Assembly: GCA_025786725.1 (NCBI GenBank) | Contig: JAHLTZ010000011.1 | Location: forward strand, 496,001 to 560,000 | DNA length: 64,000 nucleotides | Direction: 5' to 3' | From: Syncephalis fuscata S228 | Taxonomy: Eukaryota > Fungi > Zoopagomycota | Shown: positions 52,982 to 64,000 of the stretch, one piece after another | How the letters are laid out: each line of letters begins with the position of its first letter | Position numbering within the stretch: the first letter of the stretch is position 1 | Made by a program: the position numbers and the translations under genes | Notes under the pieces: generated by a model | The model's input: only the letters and a program-made list of their open reading frames with translations | Databases searched by the model: none | What the model was told of the DNA's origin: nothing

Positions 52982-55263
52982 ATGTCTGAAAACACAAACA
53001 GTCAGCCCATCTTATCGGTGACACCTGCTGATGTTGTGTACAAAGATACTAATGGAAACGCGCTGATTAACCAATCACTACCTATTACCAAATCTAAAAG
53101 AGATATCACTCGTTTCACTGATGCACTTAATCGTGAAACTGAAGCTGATAAAAACGAAGAGCTGGGTAAAGGTAGCGGATTTCTTACCCATTGCGCAGCT
53201 AGAAGTGCCGATTTTGAGCAATGTTTAGCCCGTGCCACCAACGAGTTGGACAACAAAAAGCTTAGTCCAGCACCTGCTCTTGGTCCTAGAAGTCTTAGTG
53301 CTAACACTACTCCAGAATTAAAGCCAGCTACGCTGCTATCGATAGTTAATAGTAATCAGAACCAAAATATTACTATTTTAGCCGATAATAAAGATAATGT
53401 GGCTGCAATCAATACTACGAATGACAAAAATCAACGCGATGCAAACCGTCGCAGTTTACCCAGCATACGTACTTGGAGAAGTTCACCATTCCTTAATGTT
53501 CTGGCTACATTAACAGGGCGTAGACCAAAACAAATCCTCGGTAGCTCACCATCGACACCGACATCGCCATTGGGTGCATTGTTTCCAGGATCAACATCGC
53601 TATCGATGACCAATACTGAATCGACAGTCACATCCACTACCACACATGTAACCGAAGATAGCGATGTTACCACTAGAGCCGGCCATGGTAGCAATGTTGG
53701 CCAGCCACTATCAGCTACACGTAAAGAAACAATGATATCTGAAGATGAAGAAGTTAGTAATAGCGATGAATCAGCTTTATCGCGCATTCCATTATGGCCG
53801 CCCATTTCGTCGACTATGGCCAACACAGATGGAGCAGTATCAAGTAGTGAACGGCCTACACGAATTGTTATTGTAGGCGGCTCTTATGCAGGATTGACGG
53901 CAGCAAAAGAGCTTGACCTTTTAGCTGAGCAATACAATCTTCATATTACGGTGATTGAGCCACGCGACCATCTTTTCTATAATGTCGCTTTTCTACGCTC
54001 AGCCGTGATTGATATTAGCCGATTATGCTTCTTATCCGCCGATCGTATGTTCACATCAGGCCGTGTACATCATTGTAGAACACGTGTTCGCCACCTTGAA
54101 AGGCGCCACGTAGTGCTAGAGCAATGGTCCGAAGAACGTATTGCTCAACATAAGAAAGAGAAGCCTACAAAGCCGCCTAATACGGGCGCACTTGGTCAGC
54201 CATTAGAACCACCACCAGCAGTTATTCCTTACGACTATGCAATCATTGCTGCAGGCAGTAATTATCCAGGTCCAATGAAATTGGGTGTCGATACAGTTGA
54301 GGAAGGAATACGTGATTTGGCACAAGTACGCGCGTCCATTCAGCGCTCAAAGCGAATTCTTGTTGTCGGTGGCGGGCCATCTGGCGTGGAACTTGTTACA
54401 GAAATTAAGCACTATAATCCGGAAAAGGAAGTAACACTCGTTCATAAAACAGATCAGCTAGTTAATGGTCTATCGACGTCGCGTAAATTGCATCGTCATG
54501 TTGAACGAAGCCTTCAACGAATGGGCGTAAATATTCGTCTAAATGAGACTCTGTTATTAACTGAGCCACAAAGACTGCGTGGCTTTATTGAAGAAACGAG
54601 TGTATATACAACAAATTTAGGTGAATCAATCGAGACGGATCTATTGGTAAGTAATATATATATATATATATATTAAAGCGCTGTTATACATTAGCTAATA
54701 CAATATTTATTTGTTTAGTTTGTTTGCGCTGGTAATGTGCGTTATAATACAAAACTCGTTGAGAAATTGGCCGCCAACACCTTAGAAGAGGTGATTAATT
54801 CACAAGGAGAGATTCACGTGCTGCCAACCTTGCAGCTCGTGCCATATCCGCATATCTTTGCAGTTGGCGACTGCTCCGATGCCTATCATGTCAAGTTGGC
54901 TGTTGCCGCCATCGACCAAGCACGTGTCTGTGCCCGTAACATTATACGGTTGATACAGCATCGCCGCACCTATGAAGCGGAACAACAAGCAACTAGTGCT
55001 ATCACCGAACAACAGCCAGAAAAGCAAATGCTGAGCGAAATGGAATCGTATGAACATATTGATTCGACCGCCAATCTTATTCGCTATCAACCAACCTTTA
55101 AATTCGTACTTAGTCTTGGACCAGACGACGGTATTGGTATGTGGCTTACATCGGTATTATGCCAAGTTGGATCGCCCGTCGATTCAAAAGTCGTACTTTA
55201 ATGCTACCTTTTATATATCGATTATATAATCTAACTTTTCCCTCAAAAGCTCGTACATTCTAA
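52982..55263 (+). CDS. AIF/AMID (FSP1)-like FAD/NAD(P)-dependent oxidoreductase with ~290-aa disordered N-terminal extension
   Basis: RIVIVGGSYAG, YDYAIIAAGS, ILVVGGGPSGVEL, V.PTLQL..YPHIFAVGD; one intron 54647-54718; single-base frameshift near 55145. Confidence 0.85.
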
Positions 55264-56689
55264 TTGAACTAGCTGCAATCTTTTATTTTATTTGTGAACA
55301 TTTTTATTATTTTGGAAATCTTCAAAAATACAATGTTTTTTAATTTTATTTACCAAAATACACCGTTTTTAATTTTATTTACTAAAATACACTAACTTAA
55401 GAAAATTTACCATAATGTCTACTGAACTATTTAAAGAATTTATATTTAGCGATATCAAAGAACTGAAGGTTGCTATTGATAAGTTTAAACTTGTTAGCGA
55501 TTGCAATTTTAAAAGGAAAAATAATGGTTCAATGCAGTCTTGAGCATTTTAATGGCTGTCCATACGCTTCTGGTAATACTATTATTAAATTTATTAATAA
55601 ATATAGTACAAACGATGTTGCTACATTCTCAAATATAAAATTAAAAGATGTACAAGTAAAAGTATTAAGTACATATTTAATTATTAAATATACACTACAA
55701 CTGTGATAGTTCATCAAGTGTTATTATTATTTTTATTACAAAAGTTGTAATTATATAAATTCTGATAATAAATTAAAATGAATTAAATTATAAAAGTTAT
55801 CTTTATTGTTGGTTAAGTAGCAGTATTACGTATTTACAATATTATTGAATAATAAAAGTTACAAAGCTAAAATTTTCTGATGGAAAAATTGCCTGAGAGG
55901 AAAAAAGTTAGTCATAATAAATGTAGCAATTTTAGTTAATTGTAGTAATATTGACAGCAATTTCAATCGTGTTTTATCCGTTAAAAGACTTTCAACGATA
56001 TACTTGTAACAAATGCAACCCAAAAACACAATACAAATTATTAATAAAACAGCTATCCATTTATTTGGTTTTTATGGAATATAATTGCAGTGCAATAAAT
56101 TTAAACATCAAGAAAATCTCGACTAATTATTACAACTATTATACTATTATTCATCGAGTGTTGGTGGTGACTTGGCCATTTGGTTTATAGGTAGTTTATT
56201 GGCCATAAGTGGGCCATGAAACTTTTGGCGAATATTGTGAATATGCTATATATAATTACAATTGATATAAATATATGAGCTTACGTTATCTTTACCAGTA
56301 TTATTTAGTAAATACCTCATTGATCTGAGTTTGTGTTAACTGGGCCGTTTGAAGATCCTCAAGACTTATTTTAAGTAAATTGGATACATTCTCTAATGAT
56401 ATAACATGCTATTCGTTAATAGCAAAACTCAAACATAGTAACATCTCGCTTACTTAGTCGGTCATGGAGCTGATTAGCCATTTCAACAAAGCTTTCTTGT
56501 TGACCAAGATCATCATCTTGATGAGATGCAGCCATAGCCATTGTTATAGCGTTAAATGCACTAAACTAAACTAGAACAAAATAAAATGATCGTTTTACGC
56601 CATAACACCGCTTTTCTTTTCTTTTTACAGTTAATTGCTATTTATTCATTACTGTGCAGTGCTTGATGCCATAATCTTCATCGCTCATC

Positions 56690-59600
56690 ATGTATGACAA
56701 AGTCATCCGAGAATCACGTCGGTAAGTGGGTAGCTAATAGTAGGTGAAGGAAAGAGTGGTAATAAGTGGCAAATATACGTAGTCTGTGCGTGTACATACA
56801 TGCATACACACATACACACATACATGAATTTATGCGGTATCTTGGTGCGTGTGTGTGTGTGCGTATTTGTGTGCGTGTAATCAATCGAGATATTATTATC
56901 TTTCAGTTTATCTGAACCGTCCAGTTAGCTGCAAGCATCCACTTTGGGATGTAGCCACGCGGCATGCCATGTATTCTCCAGTCCTCGTTTTTTCTGCGCA
57001 TCCTATGCCTGTGTGGATTCAGCGTACCTCACCATGGTTTGCCCCATACGCACACATATATTCCGTCTCGCCCTGGCCACGTATGCGCTAGCCGATGTGT
57101 TAAACTCGCCGGTTCTATTTACTACTTTCTTTACTCACTCTTGAATTATATCACTCTATCTATTATTGAACCACAAATCCTTATTCTTTTTATTGGCTTA
57201 TTTATCTAGGCAATCCGGTGGTCGTTCTTTAGCAAAGCACTTGTATTTTCCTCTACTGTGCTTGGGACTGCTATCTATTTCGCTGGTCGCTGTCGTCGCT
57301 ATTGTTGGCTACTTTCCCACCCAGCTTGGCCCTTCGTTGACGAACGCCGTTCAGCCACTACTTCCTGCAGTTTGTCTACCTTTCTGCATCGTTACCAGTC
57401 TCCTACAGCACTACGTGACTGCAAATAATTATCTTGCTAGTCTACCTTGTGCGTGTTCAAAAAATTTAAACAATTTTATAGCTACTAGCTGGACAGAAAA
57501 TACAGCTATGACTACCGTCGAGCAAACAGAATCTCATGTAAGTGCAGTGGTTTATTACTAGTTTATTCGTTTTACATATCGTTCTAATTGATTATTAATA
57601 CTACTAATGCGTTATAGGCGACTGAAGTAGAGATTGCATCGCTTAAAGAAGTATCGGTTTCAAGCGTTGCAGAACTTGTTATAGAAGAAAGTGTGGCCGT
57701 TGAAAGTGAAGCAGGAGAGGTGATAACTGTTGAGGAAACAGCTGCTGAAGTGGATGCATCAATTGCATCTGCCGATGACGAAGTGGCCGTCGAAGTGTCG
57801 GACGAGCATGAAGACCATGATGATGCATCAGCAGATATTACAGCCAGTGAGACGGATAATGCATCTCATACTGACCATGGCACTTCAATCGGATCATCAA
57901 GTGAAATTGGAGAGGCTGATGTATCCGCATTGACCGATGAAGCAGCCGTTTCTGAGTCTCATGAAGAAAACCAAAGCACTAGTGCCGGTTCGGAGCATAG
58001 TCCAGAACTACAGCGTACATTGGCATTAATCAAGCCAGATGCTTATGGCGCAGGGCATCAAGAGGCAATTAAAGAGCATATTGTAACGGCTGGCTTCCGA
58101 ATTGTTCGTGAAAAGCAGATAAAATTGACAGTAGATATTGCACAACAATTCTATGCTGAACATCAAGGCAAGCCATTTTATGAAGATCTTACTACTTGGA
58201 TGAGCAGGTAATGGTTTATTAATGAATATCTACAATACTAATATTGTAATGCGTTATGCTGTATTGAATAATATTAATACGTTACATAGTGATTATATTT
58301 ACGCAATGGAACTGGAAAAGGATGAAGAGACAACTATTCAGTCATGGCGTTCACTAATGGGGCCCACAAATTCAGAAAAGGCACGCACCGATGCTCCTAA
58401 TAGGTACAATATATGCTTTCTATAATTATGACATAATCTAATGAAATGGCATTCTGTTTAGTATTCGTGCACTATTCGGTAAAGATGGATCGCAAAATGC
58501 CGTGCATGGAAGCGATAGCAGCGAAAGTGCTTTACGTGAAATCAAACTGATATTTGATACCGAGCATATTGATGGCGCGGCGACTGACATATCAACTGGA
58601 CATGAAGTTGGTCAGGACACGTCCGATGAAGCACATAGTGAAATATCTAGTACTACAAATAATATTCAGCGTACCTTAGCGTTGATTAAACCGGATGCAT
58701 ATAACGCTGGTAAAAAAGATGATATTATTACTTTAATCGAATCAAAAGGATTTCATATTGTAGAGCAGAAGGAAGTGCAAAAAACTAGAGAGCAGGCCGA
58801 GGCATTCTATGAAGAACATCGTGGTAAACCGTTCTTTGATAGTCTAACTAGTTGGATGAGCAGGTAAGCCATTAAATAGCAGCAATGAATATACACTTAC
58901 TTTAAATCAATTGGTATTAGTGCACCTATCTATGCAATGGTGTTGGAAAGAGACAATGCTGTTGTTACTTGGCGTGAGCTTATGGGTCCTACAAATTCAG
59001 AAAAGGCCCGTGAACAAGCACCAGAAAGGTAAATATTATTATTGAATAGACTACAAATATTTTAATCAATTGAAATATCATTAGTATTCGTGCTTTATTC
59101 GGTACTGATGGATCACAAAATGCAGTGCATGGCAGTGACGCAGTGGAAAGTGCTACTCGTGAAATTGGATTAATATTTGGCACTACTGAAAAGGTAACTG
59201 AAGAAGCCGTTACTGATAGCAAGGCAAAGTCCGTAAAAAGCAGCAAATCAACTAGCGATGCAAGCAAAAAGACTACAGGTGTTAAAAAAGCGCCTATAAA
59301 GAAGTCAACCGGATCGTCGTCATCGTCAACAACGACAACGAGTGCTGCTAGAACCGGTACAACTGCTAGACGCACTACTAGCTCAACCAGTGCGTCAGCC
59401 AAATCAAAGCCGGCAACAACTACACGTACCACTAGTAAGCCTGCTACTACTGCCACTACTACTACTACTACAAGAACAAGAACAGCGGCCACTACTACTA
59501 CTGCAGGCGCAGCTAAACCACGCACGGCTAGTAGTGCGGCATCATCAACACGTACCACAGGTACTTCTAGTACGTCAGTGCGCAGTAAAACTACTGCTGC

Positions 59601-60450
59601 AGCTACGTCGACTACTGCTCGTGCAGCACGTACTTCTGGGTCATCAGCCACTACTAGTACGACAAAAACGGCCACTGCTGCTCGTACTGGTGTTACTGCA
59701 GCGGGTAATGGTTCTATTAGAAGATCTGCTAAACCTGCAACGACAACTGCCACCACTGCCACAACTACCACCAGTGGTGTCCGATCTACATCTACTGGCC
59801 GTACAACATCCACTTCTAGTGTTCGTTCTGCGACATCTACTTCATCACTTGCTGCAAAGAGAGCAGCCGCAAAACCAGCTACAGCGACAACGGCTAGTGC
59901 AGCTGCCAAAACAGCTAGCACTAAACGAACAGTGGCATCTGGAACACGACCGGCTGCATCGGCTGCAACTACCAAGCGAACCGATACTGCTTCTGCCCCA
60001 CGAGCTGCAGGTGCAAAGGCCACCACTGCTAACGGCGCAGTAAAGAAAGTAGGAACGAAGAAACCTGCTGATATCGCCAAGGCGGCAGAGGAAGAGAAAG
60101 CTAGTGATATTGATGAACAAGTCGCTACATCGGCCTCGGAAGATAAAAATACGGAAGAGGCAGAAGTAGCTGTGGAAACTACGGCTGATGAAACTGTTGT
60201 AACGACTGAGGAAAATGTTTTGATCACTGAAGAGGCCAATGAAGCAATTACTACTACAGAGTCACTAATTAACGATAATAATGCATCAGAAGTTGTTGAA
60301 TCTGAAGTAGAAATATCTGAAACTGCAGAAGAAGTAGTTGCACAAACTAGCGAACAAGTTCATGTAGAAACAACTATAGTTGTCGAAGAGGAAACTGTAG
60401 CAGTTGAGGAGCTGACAACCGAACAAGAAGTACATGCAGTTGCCGTTTGA
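56690..60450 (+). CDS. Tandem two-domain nucleoside diphosphate kinase (group II-like) with putative N-terminal membrane anchor, acidic segments and T/A/S/R/K-rich stalk
   Basis: Two copies of QRTLALIKPDA...FY.EH.GKPF...LMGPTNSEKAR...IRALFG.DGSQNAVHGSD. Putative exon 1 56690-56721 splices in frame to 57210; an alternative start is at 57508. Confidence 0.8.
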
Positions 60451-60554
60451 ACGACATGAGAAGTTAATCTAGCATGGCGTTTTGTTTATTAGCAATGAGT
60501 AGCACGAATAAAGACTATTAATTTTAAAGATAAATACAATGCATAATAACATTT

Positions 60555-63084
60555 ATTTATTTATTATGTATGTTATTGCTTTATTTTCTATAATGTGCTG
60601 AGAGTTGGCATGTTTATGATTACATCGATCATTGATGCAGAGTAACTATTCTTTTTTGTTTATATTGTTTATTACATCTACCAATATGTTGATTGCAATT
60701 TACTTTGGATCATTATAAATATTCCATACTAAATGCACAGTTTAATTAAAAATGATTGTTTAATTTTGTTGTCATTATTGATGTTTATTTAATAAACTTA
60801 ATTTAATTCAGGCACAAAGCTTGTACTGTGTGTTGTATCTTTAGACATCAATATCATATGTCCGTATACAACTGTACAATGCTTTATTGCTAGTATTGGA
60901 AATGGATGAATATCCACATCATCCGTAACAGCATCAAATTTGTTTTTAGCTAGTTATGTTCTGAACAATACCTTTGCTTAAAGCTATTATTTTAATACAA
61001 CTTTTCCATTTTATTCCATTGTTATCTGCCATATTCTAACTAACAAACCTCTGAAGTGGAATAATGTACGATTGTGATCGATTGAGTAAAAGTTCAGCTG
61101 TCCTGCACAACTGGAATCAGGTAGCGTGAAACTATTCGAAATAATTGTAGTCATTTGTGTCGTGCCATAATGGTCATAATTAATCGGCATCGGACATCAA
61201 TGGCACGTGGCTTATTTTGCACATATTTGTTTTCATATTATAATATTGCAAAAGAGCCATTTCACTGTTGTACGTCGTGTGTATTTTTAAAATATCCCTG
61301 TTACTAATACTCAAGACACTAAGGAGCTGAGGTTCACATAATTTGTTTTTGAAAAGCTGCTATAGAGTATCTGGGTGTTGTACCTGCACTGAAATCTACC
61401 AAACATCAAAAATGTGCCTATAATTCTACGGTCCCAATGATTATCGGAATTGATAGACTCCAGCAGTTGACGATTATTTGCATTCCATATTTAAAGTTCA
61501 TTTGGGCACCATTCAAAGTGATAAGTATAGAATTACGCGCACACCATTATTACTGCCATTTGCTTGTTGGCAATGTTGATAAAATTTTATGCTTACCATT
61601 CTACATGTTTTTATTCAGATTTATAATATTAATATCGACTATGTTCTTTCGCGAGAGTTTAAGCAAGTCGACTTGCAAATTGTCAGGACTTACTATTGCA
61701 AACCGGCTAGGATAAGCTTCCGTAGTTAATCGATTAGAAAGCTGTATTAGTGCTACTATATCTACATTAAAAGATTTTATATGAACCATTGATGCTGGTT
61801 TGTTATTTTGTCAGTTTAAGCACATGCCGATACGCTGATTATATCGTTGAAACCAAGTAAGTTTTGATTCAAGTTTATTTTAGCATCCGTTTCTGTAGTC
61901 TCTACTTTTTGCTCTTGTTCTAACTGCCATTCTGACCAGTCAATGGCAGTGTTGATATCACGAGGAAATTTCTGTTGATACAATTTGTGCCAAAAACTAT
62001 TGTAGCTTGTAATGGAATTATAAAGTAGTTTGCAAGTGCATGCCAAAGCAAGTGTGGCAGATGGTTCACTCAAGAGTGATATATGATGAACTATCTCGAC
62101 AACTTGCCATATCTTTGGTAGTGTGTTGCTATTTTGCGCTGACATGATGGGAATAAAACTGAACAAAGATATGTTTACTTGTAGCGAACAAGGCCTTTGG
62201 ATTAAATGAAATGACATGGCGAACTGCAGATACAATACATCTAAATTGAATGTTCCAGTGCTAAGCATAGCTTGTTTATGAAGCAGTTTGACATTTATAT
62301 GCGCATTTCAATCCAATTTGATATTTATTTAATCTAATTTGTAAAGCATCATTTCACTTTCTATTCTGTATTGAAAGCTATTTTCATGATTATATTGGAT
62401 CTTGATATGATACTTTTTGTTTTACTATTATGCTCATTGCTTTGTTTCTTTTGTGTTTCCACTTTAAACGCATTTTAGTATGTATTCAGTGATAATCGAA
62501 TGCTATTCTGTTAATAGTCTTGTTTTTCTGTTGCTTTCCCTACTTTATTAATATAATTGATGTCAGTGTTTGTAACAAATCATCGACTAGCTATTTTCTA
62601 GTTATTTATTTTACCATTATACATTTCAAACACACATTGTTTTTAATATTTGTAAGTAACAATATGTTTATTAAATCAACTATGTCGTTTGATAATAACT
62701 GTGGATGCTTTTATTTTTATTCATTTTACTTATTATGATTCAAGAGTAAAATATATTATATACTATTAATGTGCTATTATTGATAAGTTGGTTCAAATAA
62801 TTATCTATTAAATGTACCGTACTTTCTTTAACATCGCAGCAGTTGTGCCATATACTGGCCTAGGTTAAGAGAATGTCAGCATAATAGAGGTCACAACATG
62901 TGATCAATCACTTCATTCTATATTGCTAAAACATGAATACAATGCACGTAAGAAGAATTTGAATTTACCGCTTACAATGAGCATCAAAATACATAAACAA
63001 AACGAAATGTTATCAAGTCGAGTGTACAATTTATATCGATTTAAATTTCATTCAATCATCACATTACAGTGCAATACTAATAAT
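60555..63084 (-). repeat. Dispersed repeat copy C (~2.5 kb, inverted) carrying an F-box-like pseudogene
   Basis: Reverse complement of 39571-42104; ORF 61816-62268 is almost identical to ORF 16150-16602. Confidence 0.9.
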
Positions 63085-63231
63085 ACAAGTAGCTGATTTG
63101 GTAACAAAAATCAGTGTAAAGCAATTTATAAATAAAAAAGATTGTAATAAAGAAGGTACGAATAGAAATATACTTATGTAAAACACAGTAAAAGTGGCAG
63201 AATAATTAATTTTTGTCTGCCTGTTAGATCA

Positions 63232-64000
63232 TTAACAAGTTTGGGACTTGGCTGGCAAATCGGCATTAAAGAACCGATAAATCTGACCAAGCATTAAACG
63301 TTTGCTTTTGTGACGGCAGGCAAACCACGAAGGTAGGATACCAATATATGGCCACTGTCCAGTGCCGTCCTCGGGTCCAAGACTAAGAACAAATTTAGGT
63401 ACAGGCTTGTAGCGAGCAAGTTTGGCCATTTCATCTACATGCTCATATCCTTTTTTATCTTCAGCGTCAATCTGGCTCTGTATCTGACTATCGCCGATAC
63501 ATAATAAACTATCAACGCGACTTCTAGCTGGCAGCTGCCGCTGATATTCCTGTCGGTGGCGCACCATTCTACGAATATTACGAGCACAGAACCGAGCCTG
63601 GTCGAATGCAGCCGTGGCTAGCTTAATAGGCGAAGCATCAGCGCAATCTCCTATGGCAAAAATATGTGGATACGGTACTAGTTGCAAGGTTGGTAGCACA
63701 TGAATCTCTCCCGTTCGGCTAATGACTTCTTCTATGGTGTTAGAGGCCAATTTCTCCACCAAGCGTGTATTATATCGCACATTGCCCGTGCAAACAAACT
63801 AAATCGTACAAGTTAACTAATTAATATACAATCAGTTGCCATTATTTTTGGGTACTTACGAGTAAATCAGTTTCAATAAATTCACCTTGATTTGTTGTAT
63901 AGCGTCGAGTCCCCTCAATCCAGCCACTCATACGCTGTGCTTCAGTTAGCAATACTCGCTCATGTAAACGAAGATTGACACCCATTTTCTTTAATGTTTT
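63232..64000 (-). CDS. 3' part of a second AIF/AMID-like oxidoreductase paralog (continues beyond window)
   Basis: RYNTRLVEKLA...GEIHVLPTLQLVPYPHIFAIGDC closely matches 54737-55263; intron at the same position (after ETDLL). Confidence 0.85.

Noticed and set aside
55324-55391. Two-and-a-bit copies of a ~30-bp AT-rich tandem unit
   Set aside because: Too short and low-complexity to infer function.
58989-60239. 416-aa antisense ORF and 233-aa alternative-frame ORF over the NDK tail
   Set aside because: Shadow ORFs expected from low-complexity ACN/GCN/TCN codon usage.

Overview
AT-rich eukaryotic genomic DNA with compact genes and many short (about 45-80 nt) spliceosomal introns. Gene content (M36 fungalysin, Cla4-type PAK, CNOT11, minor-spliceosome introns) points to an early-diverging fungus, possibly Zoopagomycota (inference). 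About 20 protein-coding genes are recognisable: Zrg17/ZnT6-like CDF transporter, EMC10, OCRL/INPP5B, NDUFB3, M36 protease, CCDC124, two OFA-family MFS paralogs flanking an aspartyl aminopeptidase, Cla4, PP6/Sit4, PDCD2, a cytochrome b5-fused desaturase, an RRM protein, CNOT11, two AIF/AMID-like oxidoreductases and a double-NDK protein. Repeats include three copies of a 2.2-2.5 kb F-box-pseudogene element, a foldback element and a Fanzor/TnpB relic. The standout, invisible to the ORF track, is at 1215-2227. A signal-peptide exon is followed by TEN consecutive 3-nucleotide micro-exons in a regular ~82-bp intron array. Spliced together they give an open, correctly terminated 47-aa secreted peptide (MKLYSITVCTIAMALVANMVVVNA-KPTLSPNTPEFWGRVQRWARRED). 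Two U12-type introns (one AT-AC) were also found. Several conserved genes carry single-base frameshifts that look like assembly errors. All exon structures were deduced by eye.
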